Below are positions 11,419-21,656 of a DNA stretch of 64,000 nucleotides, piece by piece (position 1 is the first letter of the stretch; every line of letters begins with the position of its first letter). The position numbers and the translations under genes were made by a program. The notes below the pieces were generated by a model, which made no database searches, had not been told where the DNA came from, and saw only the letters and a list, made by a program, of their open reading frames with translations. The stretch is taken from the NCBI GenBank assembly GCA_964428655.1, contig CAYRYE010000001.1:218258-282257 (forward strand). Direction: 5' to 3'. The stretch comes from an uncultured Gammaproteobacteria bacterium. GTDB lineage: Bacteria > Patescibacteriota > Microgenomatia > UBA12405 > JAHJSD01.

Positions 11419-11741
11419 TTAGAAAATTTAAGATTAAAAAGGGCGACAAGGTAAAAGTGATTCTTGGTAAAGATCGCGATAGAATTGGCCTGGTCAAAAA
11501 GGTGTTGCGTAAAAAGGGTCAGGTGGTGGTTAAGGGGATGAACGTGGTAAAGAAACATGTCAAGCCATCGGGGCAAGACAAGAAAGGTGGAATTATTGAG
11601 ATAGAAAAACCCCTTTATATCAGCAAGGTGATGTTGGTTTGTCCCCAGTGCGATAAGGCCGCTAGAATTGGTTATCAGCTTGACAAAAGTGGTAAAAAAT
11701 ATAGAATTTGCCGAAAATGCAAATCATTGATAGATAAATAA
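11415..11741 (+). CDS. rplX: 50S ribosomal protein L24
   Basis: KIKKGDKVKVILGKD KOW motif; KKHVKP; C-terminal CxxC...CxxC. Confidence 0.97.
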   Translation: MIRKFKIKKGDKVKVILGKDRDRIGLVKKVLRKKGQVVVKGMNVVKKHVKPSGQDKKGGIIEIEKPLYISKVMLVCPQCDKAARIGYQLDKSGKKYRICRKCKSLIDK

Positions 11742-11743
11742 AT

Positions 11744-12286
11744 ATGCTGTTCAAGGACTATAAAACTAGAATCATACCAAAGTTGCAAAAAGAATTGGGG
11801 GTTAAAAATCCATTAGCTTTACCTCAAGTAACGAGGGTGGTTATTAATATGCGGGTGGTTGAGGATAAGGGAGATCAAAAAGCAATGGATGAAGCGATTG
11901 AGGAGCTGAAGTTGATTACTGGCCAAAAGCCGAAACTTTGCCGAGCTAAGAAGTCAGTTTCTGGCTTCAGGCTAAGGGAGGGCGAGCCGATCGGCCTAAA
12001 GGCAACTCTTAGGAGGAAGAAAATGTATGACTTTTTGGATAAGTTGTTTTTTTTGGTTTTGCCAAGGTTGCGGGATTTTCGCGGTTTAGCAATATCCCAA
12101 TTTGATCAGCAGGGGAATTTTAACATTGGCATGAATGACCAGAGGGTTTTTCCGGAAATCAATATTGACAAAGTTAAGAGAACAAGAGGACTGCAGGTAA
12201 CAATCATCACTAGCACTCGAGACAGAGAGGAATCTAGATTTTTATTAGAGGTATTAGGGTTACCTTTTGTTAAGGAAAGCGGCTAA
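11744..12286 (+). CDS. rplE: 50S ribosomal protein L5
   Basis: [22 protein letters not shown]. Confidence 0.98.
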   Translation: MLFKDYKTRIIPKLQKELGVKNPLALPQVTRVVINMRVVEDKGDQKAMDEAIEELKLITGQKPKLCRAKKSVSGFRLREGEPIGLKATLRRKKMYDFLDKLFFLVLPRLRDFRGLAISQFDQQGNFNIGMNDQRVFPEINIDKVKRTRGLQVTIITSTRDREESRFLLEVLGLPFVKESG

Positions 12287-12288
12287 AA

Positions 12289-12474
12289 ATGGCGTCTAAG
12301 GCGAAAATTGTCAGAGAAAGCAAGAAGCTAAGGTTTAAGATTCGTTATCGCAATCGTTGTCAAATTTGCGGCCGGCCGCGAGGCTATATTCGCCTTTTTG
12401 GTCTTTGTCGTTTATGTTTTCGACGATTAGTTAATAAAGGTGTTTTGCCAGGAGTTAAGAAGGCGAGTTGGTAG
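12289..12474 (+). CDS. rpsN: 30S ribosomal protein S14 (type Z, zinc-binding)
   Basis: [10 protein letters not shown]...LCRLCFR...GVKKASW. Confidence 0.97.
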   Translation: MASKAKIVRESKKLRFKIRYRNRCQICGRPRGYIRLFGLCRLCFRRLVNKGVLPGVKKASW

Positions 12475-12479
12475 TTACT

Positions 12480-12872
12480 ATGGATACAATCGGAGATTTT
12501 TTAAGCCAGATCAGGAACGCCTATTTGGTCGGCAAGAAAAAAGTTGAGATCCCTTGGTCAAAGGCCAGGGAAGCGCTTGCCAAATTATTGGTGACTGAGG
12601 GTTATTTGGGAAGATTTAAGGTGGAAAAAATTGATAAGGTTAAGAGGAAAATGATTCTTGATCTGAAGTATGATCAAAAGATGTGCCCAGTAATAACCGG
12701 GATAAAACGGATTTCTAAACCGGGAAGAAGGTTTTATACGGTTGCGAATAAAATACCCTGGTTGCTGGAGGGGGTGGGGATAACGATAATTTCAACCTCC
12801 GAGGGCCTTATGAGCGATAAAAAAGCCCGAAAAAAGAATTTGGGAGGAGAGGTTATTTGTCAAATTTATTAA
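12480..12872 (+). CDS. rpsH: 30S ribosomal protein S8
   Basis: DTIGDFLSQIRNA, RISKPGRR, STSEG, GGEVIC. Confidence 0.98.
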   Translation: MDTIGDFLSQIRNAYLVGKKKVEIPWSKAREALAKLLVTEGYLGRFKVEKIDKVKRKMILDLKYDQKMCPVITGIKRISKPGRRFYTVANKIPWLLEGVGITIISTSEGLMSDKKARKKNLGGEVICQIY

Positions 12873-12878
12873 ATTAAG

Positions 12879-13433
12879 ATGTCAAGAGTGGGCAGCCAAC
12901 CAATCATTATTCCTGAGGGAGTAACAGTAGAAATAAAAGCCAATAAGGTGAAAGTTACTGGCTCGAAAGGCGGATTGCATTTGACTTTGCCAGATTCAAT
13001 TAAAGTGACTCAGGACAAGAAAAAATTATTGGTTTCGCGTTATCGTAATGATAAGAAAGCCAAGGCTAATCACGGTACTATTAGAAGCCTAATTAATAAC
13101 ATGATAATTGGTGTTACTAAAGAATGGGAAAAAGAATTACAAGTAGTCGGCACTGGTTACAGAGTTGATCTACAGGGTAATAATTTGGTTTTTAAATTGG
13201 GTTTTTCTCATCCAGTCGTTTTTGAAGCTCCAGAGGGGGTTAAATTTGAGGTGAAGGATGACAAGTTAAAAATTTCGGGGGTAGATAAAGGATTAGTCGG
13301 TAATATAGCTGCTCGGATCAGAAAGATTAAACCACCTGACGCCTATTTGGGAAAAGGGATTAGATATTCGGATGAAATTGTTAAACTGAAGCCAGGGAAA
13401 GCAGCCAAAGTGGGCGCTGCTGGAGAGGAGTAA
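12879..13433 (+). CDS. rplF: 50S ribosomal protein L6
   Basis: MSRVG, GTGYR, LGFSHP, PDAYLGKGIRY. Confidence 0.98.
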   Translation: MSRVGSQPIIIPEGVTVEIKANKVKVTGSKGGLHLTLPDSIKVTQDKKKLLVSRYRNDKKAKANHGTIRSLINNMIIGVTKEWEKELQVVGTGYRVDLQGNNLVFKLGFSHPVVFEAPEGVKFEVKDDKLKISGVDKGLVGNIAARIRKIKPPDAYLGKGIRYSDEIVKLKPGKAAKVGAAGEE

Positions 13434-13436
13434 AAA

Positions 13437-13805
13437 ATGAGAAAAATTATCATAAAAACAGCCAAAGAGCGAAAAAAAACAAGAGTAAGGGCTAGAATAA
13501 AAGAGGCGAATAGGGATAAAAAACTTACCGTATTTCGTTCTAACCGCTATATTTGGGCGCAAATTATTGACTTGTCAACTGGTAAAACCCTAGTGACTTC
13601 TAGTGATAAATCATTATTAAAAGAAAAGAAACGATTGGCTGGCAAAAATAAGACAGAGAAAGCGTTTGAAGTAGGTAGGGAAATTGCCAAAAAGGCGGTT
13701 AAACTCAGATTGAAAAAAGTAGTCTTTGATAGGGGTTGTTATAGATATCATGGTCGTGTTAAAGCTTTAGCAGAAGGGGCCAAGGCCGAAGGTTTGCTGT
13801 TATGA
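13437..13805 (+). CDS. rplR: 50S ribosomal protein L18
   Basis: VFRSNRYIWAQIID, VVFDRGCYRYHGRVKALA. Confidence 0.98.
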   Translation: MRKIIIKTAKERKKTRVRARIKEANRDKKLTVFRSNRYIWAQIIDLSTGKTLVTSSDKSLLKEKKRLAGKNKTEKAFEVGREIAKKAVKLRLKKVVFDRGCYRYHGRVKALAEGAKAEGLLL

Positions 13806-14275
13806 GAGATAGAAGAATGAGTAACCAATGGGGAAAAAATGAGTTTCAAGAAATAGTCCTTCAGATTAAGAGGGTTTCTAAGAAAACCAAAGGCGGCAAC
13901 CAAATTGGTTTCACCGCTCTAATGGTTGTTGGCGATGGTAAGGGAAAAGTGGGTGTTAGTTTGGGAAAGGCCAAAGATGTAGCCTCAGCGATTAGAAAGG
14001 GTGTCAACCAGGCCAGGAAAAAAATGATTGAGGTTTATTTGAAAGGAACAACAATTCCCCACCCAGTGAAATATAAAAAGAAATCAGCTAGAATTTTACT
14101 TAAACCTGCCAGAAGAGGTTCTGGTTTAATTGCTGGAGGGGTAGTGAGGGCGATTGCTTCAGCTGCCGGGATTAAAGATTTAGTGGCAAAACTTATTGGC
14201 TCTCGTAATAAGACAATCAACGCTTGGGCTACTTTGGAAGCATTAGGGAAATTAAAAAAGCCAACCGAGGAGTAA
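13802..14275 (+). CDS. rpsE: 30S ribosomal protein S5
   Basis: RVSKKTKGG, VVGDGKGKVG, GSGLIAGG. Confidence 0.98.
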   Translation: MRDRRMSNQWGKNEFQEIVLQIKRVSKKTKGGNQIGFTALMVVGDGKGKVGVSLGKAKDVASAIRKGVNQARKKMIEVYLKGTTIPHPVKYKKKSARILLKPARRGSGLIAGGVVRAIASAAGIKDLVAKLIGSRNKTINAWATLEALGKLKKPTEE

Positions 14276-14282
14276 ATTAGTT

Positions 14283-14756
14283 ATGGTTAACTTGCATAAT
14301 TTGCCGAAGATTACTAGTAAAAAGAAAAAGAGGATTGGTCGAGGTTATGGAAGTGGTGTAGGCGGGCACACTACCATAAGGGGGGCTAAGGGAACGAAAG
14401 CCAGGGGTAAAGTACCTTTGGCTTTTGACGGCACTAAAACTAAAAAGTCGTGGCTTAAAAGATTGCCTCTTTGGAGGGGCAAGGGAAAAAAGAGATCGCT
14501 AAGACGGCAGGCTGTTGTTAATGTTCAAGTTTTAGAAACTTATTTTAAAGATGGTGATAAAGTTAATTTAAAATCTCTTATTAAGAAGGGATTAATTAAA
14601 GAAAGAAGGGGTAAAAGAGTCGAGGTGAAAATTCTTGGACAGGGGGAACTTACTCGGAAGCTGGAAGTTTCTTTGCCTTGTTCTAAAAGAGCTTTAGAAA
14701 AAATTAAAATTGCAGGAGGAAGAGTAAAGGATGAGCAAATGGTTGGAAAAAGCTAA
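14283..14756 (+). CDS. rplO: 50S ribosomal protein L15
   Basis: [25 protein letters not shown]. Confidence 0.97.
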   Translation: MVNLHNLPKITSKKKKRIGRGYGSGVGGHTTIRGAKGTKARGKVPLAFDGTKTKKSWLKRLPLWRGKGKKRSLRRQAVVNVQVLETYFKDGDKVNLKSLIKKGLIKERRGKRVEVKILGQGELTRKLEVSLPCSKRALEKIKIAGGRVKDEQMVGKS

Positions 14757-16014
14757 GCTTTTTAGCGAAGCTTTAAAAATTTCTCAGGTTAAAAAAAGAT
14801 TTTTTTTCACCGCAGTTATTTTTTTGCTCTATCGCTTCATTGCCCATTTACCGGTTCCTGGGGTTAATACTGCTTTACTTAAACAGTTCTTTTCTCAAAA
14901 TCAGCTATTGTCTTTGTTGGATATCTTTTCCGGAGGGACCTTGGCTAATTTTTCAGTGGCGGCTTTGGGGATAGGACCTTTTATTACTGCTTCGATAATG
15001 CTTCAAATGCTTACTTTGGTTTGGCCTAAATTGGAAGAGTTAAACAAAGAGGGAGAGTATGGTCGGGCTAAAATTAACCTCTACACCCGTATTTTAACTG
15101 TTCCTTTAGCTATTGTTCAAAGTTTAGCAATGTACACTATTTTAAAAAGTCAGGGGTTAATGGGAGATCTCCCTTTGTTGGTTTTAGTTTCCATGGTTGT
15201 TACCATGGCGGCTGGAACCATGGTTTTAGTTTTTTTTGGAGACATGATTAATGAATTTGGAATTGGCAGCGGAACTTCTTTAATTATTTTTGCCGGTATT
15301 GTGGCTCGCTACCCGGTAAGCATTTTTCAAACCTTGGCTGTTGTAGAAAGCCAACAGGCATTCAATTTGACTGTATTTTTTGGATTAACCGTACTTCTTG
15401 TTTTTGGTGTTATTATGATTGAAGAAGCGGCTTTAAGGTTGCCGATCCATTATGCTCGTCGGGGTGGAAAAACCGGTGCATCAAGCAAGACTTATTTGCC
15501 GATTAAGATTAATACTTCTGGAGTGATGCCGATAATTTTCGCTCTATCTTTAGTTTTTCTACCTTCTTTTATAGGTAAAACTTTGGCTAATTTACCCCGG
15601 GAAAAGATTGCTTTAATAGGAGAAACTCTAGTTAAGGTTTTTCAACCGGGTAGCGCTGTTTATAATTTGGTTTATTTTTTGATAGTGGTTCTTTTCACCT
15701 TTTTTTATACAACAATTGTTTTTAAACCTGAAGAAGTGGCGGAGGAATTGAGAAAGGGCGGTGCGTTCATTCCGGGTATTAGACCGGGAGAGTCAACTAA
15801 GAAAAGGCTTAGCTGGTATCTTTATCGGGTTACTGCTATTGGGGCCGTCTTTTTGGGAATTATTGCTATCCTGCCTTCAATGGTCCAAAGAATGACTAAC
15901 ATTTCTACGATTAGTCTTGGCGGGACAGGAGTCCTGATTGTTATTTCAGTTATCTTGGAAATCACTCGCTCAGTTGAAAATTTAGTTCAAACCTATCGCT
16001 ATGAAACATTCTAA
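14731..16014 (+). CDS. secY: Preprotein translocase subunit SecY
   Basis: [36 protein letters not shown]; multiple TM segments. Confidence 0.98.
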   Translation: MSKWLEKAKLFSEALKISQVKKRFFFTAVIFLLYRFIAHLPVPGVNTALLKQFFSQNQLLSLLDIFSGGTLANFSVAALGIGPFITASIMLQMLTLVWPKLEELNKEGEYGRAKINLYTRILTVPLAIVQSLAMYTILKSQGLMGDLPLLVLVSMVVTMAAGTMVLVFFGDMINEFGIGSGTSLIIFAGIVARYPVSIFQTLAVVESQQAFNLTVFFGLTVLLVFGVIMIEEAALRLPIHYARRGGKTGASSKTYLPIKINTSGVMPIIFALSLVFLPSFIGKTLANLPREKIALIGETLVKVFQPGSAVYNLVYFLIVVLFTFFYTTIVFKPEEVAEELRKGGAFIPGIRPGESTKKRLSWYLYRVTAIGAVFLGIIAILPSMVQRMTNISTISLGGTGVLIVISVILEITRSVENLVQTYRYETF

Positions 16015-16618
16015 AATCGCCAGACTGGTTATTATTGGTCTTTCTGGGAGCGGCAAAGGAACCCAAGCTAAATTGCTGGAGAAAAAATTCGGCTGGAAGC
16101 ATATTTCTATGGGAGAACTTTTTAGAAAAGAAATAGAAAGAGAGACTAAAATTGGCAAAAAGATAGAAGAACTTATTGCTCAAGGTGTCTGGGTTTCAAC
16201 TGGCCTGACCTTTAAAGTTTTAAAACCGGTTTTGAAAAAAGAGCTTAAGACAGGCTTTGTCTTAGATGGGTTTCCCAGAGTTCCTGATCAACCTAGAGCA
16301 TTGGATGAGTTTTTAGCTCGTGAGGGAGATAAAGTTGACTTAGTGATTCATCTTATTATTCGGCCGAGAGCGATTATGGCTCGAAGGAAAAGGCTTTGGG
16401 CAAAAGGCAAGAGTTTTTATGAGAATAAGAGAAAAGATGAAACTAAAGAAGCGATTAAAGGGCGGGTTAAATCATATGAAAAGACAATTAAGCCTATTTT
16501 GGATTATTACCAAAAAAAAGGCATTTTGGAAGAAGTAGACGGGGAAAGAAGCATCGAAGAGATCCATCGGGATATTGCCGGGTTAATTAAAGATAGAGTC
16601 TTTAAAAGGAATGAATAA
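16001..16618 (+). CDS. adk: Adenylate kinase (no Zn-binding LID)
   Basis: [12 protein letters not shown]-loop, GFVLDGFPR; operon position. Confidence 0.93.
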   Translation: MKHSKIARLVIIGLSGSGKGTQAKLLEKKFGWKHISMGELFRKEIERETKIGKKIEELIAQGVWVSTGLTFKVLKPVLKKELKTGFVLDGFPRVPDQPRALDEFLAREGDKVDLVIHLIIRPRAIMARRKRLWAKGKSFYENKRKDETKEAIKGRVKSYEKTIKPILDYYQKKGILEEVDGERSIEEIHRDIAGLIKDRVFKRNE

Positions 16619-17375
16619 GGCGTTTATTGAGGCTGGGAAAAGATTATCGAGAATTTTCGCCAAGACTCTAGCTGAAATCAAGCCTGGGAGAAAATTGAGA
16701 GAAATTGATTCTTTAGCTGATAAATTTATTTCCAAATCAGGAGGAAAAGCTTCTTTTAAAGGAGTTGGCGATTATCAATGGGCCACTTGCATAAACCTTA
16801 ATGAGGGTGTTGTTCACGGCATTCCTGATAATAAAATTATCAAGAGAGGCGATGTTGTCAGTTTGGATATGGGTTTTGAATATCAGGGTTGTCACGCTGA
16901 TATGGCTTATACTCTTCAAATCCAAAATCCAAAATCCCTGCCCACAGATTTAGAAGTAGATAGGTTTTTGGAGGCGGGAAAGAAGGCATTAGATGAAGCG
17001 ATTAGAGCAGTTAGGGCAGGGAACAGAGTTGGTCATATTTCAAAAGCAATTCAAGAAATTATTGAAGAAGCTGGCTATAGCTGTGTTAGGGAACTAACTG
17101 GGCACGGTATTGGCGGTAATTTACATCAGCCCCCCTGGATCCCATGTAGATTAACAGAACGGATAGAAAAAACACCTCTTTTGAAAGAAGGGGTAGGTTT
17201 GGCGATAGAAGTGATTTATACTTTAGGGAAGGCGGATTTAGAAAAAATGGCTGACGGCTGGACAATTAAAACTCGTGATGGTAAAATATCAGCACTTTTT
17301 GAGAAAACTGTTTTGGTTACTAAAAAAGGCGTGAGGGTAGTTACCCCCGAAATTTCGGGGGACTTAGTTGTTTAG
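16611..17375 (+). CDS. map: Methionine aminopeptidase type I
   Basis: [21 protein letters not shown]. Confidence 0.96.
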   Translation: MNKAFIEAGKRLSRIFAKTLAEIKPGRKLREIDSLADKFISKSGGKASFKGVGDYQWATCINLNEGVVHGIPDNKIIKRGDVVSLDMGFEYQGCHADMAYTLQIQNPKSLPTDLEVDRFLEAGKKALDEAIRAVRAGNRVGHISKAIQEIIEEAGYSCVRELTGHGIGGNLHQPPWIPCRLTERIEKTPLLKEGVGLAIEVIYTLGKADLEKMADGWTIKTRDGKISALFEKTVLVTKKGVRVVTPEISGDLVV

Positions 17376-17377
17376 AA

Positions 17378-17626
17378 ATGATAACCGATAAGCGGCCTGG
17401 TTTCTCGCAGGCTCAAAATAAGAAAGAAAGAGTAGAAGGTGTAGTTTTTGAAGTCTTGCCTGATACGAATTTTCGGGTTGAATTGGAAGATGGGCGTAAA
17501 ATCTTGACCTATCTTTGTGGTAAAATGCGGATTAGACGTATTCGCGTTGTTACCGGAGATCGGGTCCTGGTAGAAATAAGTTCTTATGATGATAAGCGAG
17601 GCAGGATTATTTATCGGAACAGATAA
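17378..17626 (+). CDS. infA: Translation initiation factor IF-1
   Basis: [24 protein letters not shown]. Confidence 0.97.
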   Translation: MITDKRPGFSQAQNKKERVEGVVFEVLPDTNFRVELEDGRKILTYLCGKMRIRRIRVVTGDRVLVEISSYDDKRGRIIYRNR

Positions 17627-17638
17627 CCTGGAGACTGA

Positions 17639-17752
17639 ATGAAAGTTAGTTCAAGTGTGAAAAAACGATGTCCAAAGTGTAAAATTGTTCGCCGTCGTGG
17701 CACGGTTCATGTTGTTTGTGAGAATCCTAAACACAAACAGAGACAGGGATGA
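17639..17752 (+). CDS. rpmJ: 50S ribosomal protein L36 (not in ORF track)
   Basis: Translated by hand: [37 protein letters not shown]; ATGA overlap with rpsM. Confidence 0.98.
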   Translation: MKVSSSVKKRCPKCKIVRRRGTVHVVCENPKHKQRQG

Positions 17753-18162
17753 GAATCTTAGGGATTGATATACCAGATAAAGAGCGAGCGGAAATTGGTT
17801 TGACTAAAATTTATGGCATTGGTAGGAAAAATGTTTTTGAATTGCTTGAGAAGACAAAGGTTGATCCTGTAAAAAGGGTCAAGGATTTAACCAAACAGGA
17901 AGTGGCTGTTCTTATTAAAGCCTTGGAGGATTTTGAGATAGAGGGGGACCTTAGGAAGAGAACGGCTGACAATATTGTCCGATTAAAGGCAATACGTTGT
18001 TACCGGGGGCTTAGGCACATTTTGAACTTACCGGTTAGAGGCCAGAGAACGAAGACTAATGCCAGAACTAAAAGAGGATCAAGGAAAACAGTTGGAGCTT
18101 TAACTAAAAAGCTGTGGGCGAAGCTGGAGGAACAGCAAAGAGCAGCTATAAGTAAAAAATAA
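17749..18162 (+). CDS. rpsM: 30S ribosomal protein S13
   Basis: [25 protein letters not shown]. Confidence 0.98.
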   Translation: MRILGIDIPDKERAEIGLTKIYGIGRKNVFELLEKTKVDPVKRVKDLTKQEVAVLIKALEDFEIEGDLRKRTADNIVRLKAIRCYRGLRHILNLPVRGQRTKTNARTKRGSRKTVGALTKKLWAKLEEQQRAAISKK

Positions 18163-18551
18163 TGGCAGTAACAAAAATAACTAATTCAACTGAAACTAAA
18201 ACAGCGCTTGAGGGTAGGCTTTATGTTAGTGCCAGTTTCAATAATACTTTAACAACTGTTACCGATTCCAAAGGAGATGTTTTGGAGTGGACTTCCTGCG
18301 GCAGATTGGGTTTTAAAGGGACAAGGAAATCAACGCCATTTGCGGCCATTACTACACTGGAAGATATTATTAGGCGAGCAGTTAATTTGGGAGTGAAACG
18401 ACTCCAGGTTTACATCAAGGGTCCAGGTCCTGGCAGAGATGCCGCGCTAAGGGTGCTTAGAAATGCTAGAGGCATTGATATCACGATGATTTCTGATATT
18501 ACGCCAATGCCCCATAATGGGCCCAGACCGCCAAAAAGAAGGAGAACATAA
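18162..18551 (+). CDS. rpsK: 30S ribosomal protein S11
   Basis: SFNNT, GFKGTRKSTPFAA, DITPMPHNGPRPPKRRR. Confidence 0.98.
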   Translation: MAVTKITNSTETKTALEGRLYVSASFNNTLTTVTDSKGDVLEWTSCGRLGFKGTRKSTPFAAITTLEDIIRRAVNLGVKRLQVYIKGPGPGRDAALRVLRNARGIDITMISDITPMPHNGPRPPKRRRT

Positions 18552-18552
18552 A

Positions 18553-19170
18553 ATGGTAGCTATTAGTAAAAAATGCCGGTTATGTCGTCGGGAGAGAACA
18601 AAGCTTTTTTTAAAAGGATTGCGTTGTTTTTCGCCTAAGTGTCCAATTGAAAAAAAAGGCGGTGTGCCTCCTGGCGTTCACGGCTTGAGAAGTGGTTTCC
18701 GGCCCTCATCTTTTGCTAAACAGTTAAGAGAAAAACAGAAAATAAAGAGAATTTATGGCGTTTCGGAATCTCAATTTAAGAATTATTTTCTTCTGGCGAA
18801 AAGAAAAAGGGGCGATACCGGGATGCTTCTTTTACAATCGCTAGAAATGCGTCTTGACAATGTTCTTTGCCGACTGGGATTAACACCTTCCCACGCCACC
18901 GCTAGACAATTAGTTGTTCATGGTCATGTTTTGGTAAACGGTAAGAAGCTAACTATTCCTTCTTATTTGGTAAAAATGGGCGATGAGATTACTTTGTCAG
19001 AAAAAGCTCAGAAGATGGAAAAAATTCAAACTTGGGTAGCCAGAAAGGAAAAAATACCATCTTGGTTTAAAAAAAAGGGTTTTATCGGAAAAGTAAGCGC
19101 TTTGCCTAAGAGAGAAGATATGGATTCCGAAATGAACGAATCTTTAGTAGTTGAATATTATTCTAAATAA
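18553..19170 (+). CDS. rpsD: 30S ribosomal protein S4
   Basis: CRLCRRE, QLREKQK, LEMRLDN, VVEYYSK. Confidence 0.98.
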   Translation: MVAISKKCRLCRRERTKLFLKGLRCFSPKCPIEKKGGVPPGVHGLRSGFRPSSFAKQLREKQKIKRIYGVSESQFKNYFLLAKRKRGDTGMLLLQSLEMRLDNVLCRLGLTPSHATARQLVVHGHVLVNGKKLTIPSYLVKMGDEITLSEKAQKMEKIQTWVARKEKIPSWFKKKGFIGKVSALPKREDMDSEMNESLVVEYYSK

Positions 19171-19182
19171 AGGAGGTTTTTT

Positions 19183-20094
19183 ATGATTGGAGAAATTCGG
19201 TTCACTGTCTCTCCTCAAAAAGAAGATAAGAAATGGGGGCGATATATTATTGCCCCTTTGCCGGCAGGGTTTGGCAGTACTATTGGTTATAGTTTAAGGA
19301 GAATTTTAATGGGGTCTTTACCGGGAACGGCGGTAACCAAGATGAAAATTAAGGGGGCTTTGCATGTCTTTACTACTTTAAAAGGAGTTAAGGAAGATCT
19401 AGTCCAAGTGATGCTGAATGTAAAGCAGATTAGGTTTGACTATCAAGGCAGGAAACCGGTAACTCTTAAGGTTGAAAAGTTTGGTCCGGGTAAAGTTAAG
19501 GCTAAGGATATAAAGCTCCAGCCTGGAGTTAAGGTGGTTAATCCGGATTTGGTTTTAGCTACATTAGCTGATAAGAAATCAAATCTGAAAATGGATTTGG
19601 TTGTTTCCCGAGGGGTGGGTTATGAACTGGCTGAAGAACATAAGAGTTCCAAGTTGGGCGTGATAGGTGTTGACTCTGCTTTTAGCCCGGTAACCAAGGT
19701 TAGCCACCAATTTGAGTCTGTCCGTGAAGGTAAAAAGATCAACTTGGATAAGTTAACAATTGACATCTGGACCGACGGCTCGATGAAGCCCAGAGAGGCA
19801 TTAGAATCGGCGGCCAAAATCCTGGTAGAAGTTTTTAGCCAGATTGTAAAATCTAAACCGATTAAAAAGAAAGAAAAAAAGGAGGCAAAGAACCACAATT
19901 TAGAATTACTAATTGAGGAGGTTAGTGGTATTCCTTTAAGACTGGCTAATGCTCTTAAAAAAGCTGGTTTTAAAAGAATAAAAGACCTTGCTGATGCGGA
20001 ATCTGAGGAAATACTTAAGGCTAAAAATGTTGGTGAGAAATCAATTGAACTTCTGAAAAAAGTTCTTAAAAAGCAGGGCATTGAACTTAAATAA
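19183..20094 (+). CDS. rpoA: RNA polymerase alpha subunit
   Basis: PLPAGFGSTIGYSLRRILM, GVKED, FSPV, WTDGS; alpha-CTD NVGEKS. Confidence 0.97.
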   Translation: MIGEIRFTVSPQKEDKKWGRYIIAPLPAGFGSTIGYSLRRILMGSLPGTAVTKMKIKGALHVFTTLKGVKEDLVQVMLNVKQIRFDYQGRKPVTLKVEKFGPGKVKAKDIKLQPGVKVVNPDLVLATLADKKSNLKMDLVVSRGVGYELAEEHKSSKLGVIGVDSAFSPVTKVSHQFESVREGKKINLDKLTIDIWTDGSMKPREALESAAKILVEVFSQIVKSKPIKKKEKKEAKNHNLELLIEEVSGIPLRLANALKKAGFKRIKDLADAESEEILKAKNVGEKSIELLKKVLKKQGIELK

Positions 20095-20096
20095 TC

Positions 20097-20534
20097 ATGA
20101 GACATCGGGTATTTGGTAAAAAACTGAGTCGGAGTCGCGGCCATCGCCGATCTTTATTTAAGAATCTGGCCCGTAGCTTTTTTATTCACGGCGGCAAAAT
20201 AAAAACCACCTTAGCTAAAGCAAAGGCAGTTCGCCCTTTAATTGAACGAATGATTGCCAAGGCGGGCAGAGGCGATCTTAATTCTCGCCGCTGGTTGTTC
20301 AAATATTTCCAAGACCAGAATTTGGTTAACCAAATTGTAGAAACTTTTGGCAAGCAGTTCGAAAAAAGAAAAGGCGGCTATACTAGGGTTGTTAAGATTA
20401 AGAAGAGAAAAGGCGATGATGCCGTTATAGTTAGTCTTGAGTTGGTAGAAGAATTTCGCCCAAAGGACGAAAAGCAGGAAGAGGAAAAGAAAAAGAAAAA
20501 AACTAGAAAAACTGAAGTTAAAGAAAAAAAATGA
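20097..20534 (+). CDS. rplQ: 50S ribosomal protein L17
   Basis: MRHRVFGKKLSR, IKTTLAKAK, GGYTRV, RKGDDA. Confidence 0.98.
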   Translation: MRHRVFGKKLSRSRGHRRSLFKNLARSFFIHGGKIKTTLAKAKAVRPLIERMIAKAGRGDLNSRRWLFKYFQDQNLVNQIVETFGKQFEKRKGGYTRVVKIKKRKGDDAVIVSLELVEEFRPKDEKQEEEKKKKKTRKTEVKEKK

Positions 20535-20947
20535 GAACCTATCAACCCAAAGCAAAAGAAATTAAAAGGAAATGGCATTTAATTGATGTTGAAGGGCAAA
20601 TATTGGGGAGAGTGGCAACCCAAATTGCTCGTTTCCTTATGGGGAAGCATAAAGTTACTTATTCTCCTCACTTAGATAGTGGTGATTATGTTGTTGTTAT
20701 TAATACTACTAAGATTAGAGTCACCGGTAAAAAAATGAAAGACAAGATTTATTATCGGCACACCGGCTATATGGGAGGCTTAAAAGAAACCCGCTTGGAA
20801 GAATTGATGGCCAAAGATCCAAGAAGGGTAATTTTATTGGCTGTTAAAAATATGCTTCCTAAAAATAAGCTGCGCCGGCAGAGGATGAAAAGATTAAAAA
20901 TTTTTACGGGTGCAAAGCATCCTTATAAAGATAAATTAAATTCGTAG
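20531..20947 (+). CDS. rplM: 50S ribosomal protein L13
   Basis: WHLID, LGRVAT, GKHK, GDYVVVIN, MLPKN. Confidence 0.98.
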   Translation: MRTYQPKAKEIKRKWHLIDVEGQILGRVATQIARFLMGKHKVTYSPHLDSGDYVVVINTTKIRVTGKKMKDKIYYRHTGYMGGLKETRLEELMAKDPRRVILLAVKNMLPKNKLRRQRMKRLKIFTGAKHPYKDKLNS

Positions 20948-20981
20948 GGACATTGTGTGAAGTGCCCGTCTTTGAATAAAA

Positions 20982-21398
20982 ATGCCAAAAAGTAAGAAGT
21001 CAACCAAAAAGTATGTCTATGCTATTGGTCGAAGAAAAGAAGCGACAGCCATTGTTAGATTGTTCAAGGGTAAAGGCAAGATTAGTGTGAATGATAAGTT
21101 AATCGGTGATTATTTCCCGGGTATAGTCGATAGACATTATTATCAACAGCCTTTTGAATTCACCGGGACCCTAGGTAAGTTCTATGCCACTATTAAAGTA
21201 AGAGGCAGCGGCAAGAAAAGTCAGCTGGAGGCAGTGGTTCTGGCTTTATCTAGGGCTTTGGAAAAAACTGATCGGGAAAAATACCGCCCTGTTCTTAAAA
21301 AAGCCGGCCTGTTGACTGTGGACGCCAGGGTCAGGGAACGGAGAAAAGCAGGCCAAATGGGCCGCGCTCGCAAGAAAAAGCAATCCCCAAAGAGGTAG
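20982..21398 (+). CDS. rpsI: 30S ribosomal protein S9
   Basis: GRRKEATA, LLTVDARVRERRK, C-terminal QSPKR. Confidence 0.97.
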   Translation: MPKSKKSTKKYVYAIGRRKEATAIVRLFKGKGKISVNDKLIGDYFPGIVDRHYYQQPFEFTGTLGKFYATIKVRGSGKKSQLEAVVLALSRALEKTDREKYRPVLKKAGLLTVDARVRERRKAGQMGRARKKKQSPKR

Positions 21399-21399
21399 G

Positions 21400-21597
21400 T
21401 TAAGATTGATCTTCAATAAATTTTGCAAAAGATCGATCGTAAGTTTTTTCTGCTTCTTTAGAAAAACAACAAGCAGGCAATTGTTTCGTAGTAAGATGAT
21501 ATTTAATGCATTCACAACAGATACCTTTTCTAGGGCAGGATTCATAAGTGCAGGGGCAATCTTTTAGATTTTGTTTTTGGTTAGGACAAGTTTTCAT
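21400..21597 (-). CDS. Small Cys-rich protein, DUF6485-like
   Basis: 65 aa from ATG 21597: C..N...CPCTY..C.RKG.CCEC..YH....QLPAC.F...E.TYDRS pattern (family recognised from memory). Confidence 0.7.
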   Translation of the reverse strand: MKTCPNQKQNLKDCPCTYESCPRKGICCECIKYHLTTKQLPACCFSKEAEKTYDRSFAKFIEDQS

Positions 21598-21656
21598 TAA
21601 CGCTATTTTTTCATAAAAATCTTTCTTTTTCAACTCAAATGCTATAATTGTGCCAT

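Noticed and set aside
20944-20970. GTAGGGACA...GTGCCC single REP-like hairpin, and the CCTGC...GCAGG hairpin near 23310-23330
   Set aside because: Single imperfect copies with no associated transposase; not enough to call a family
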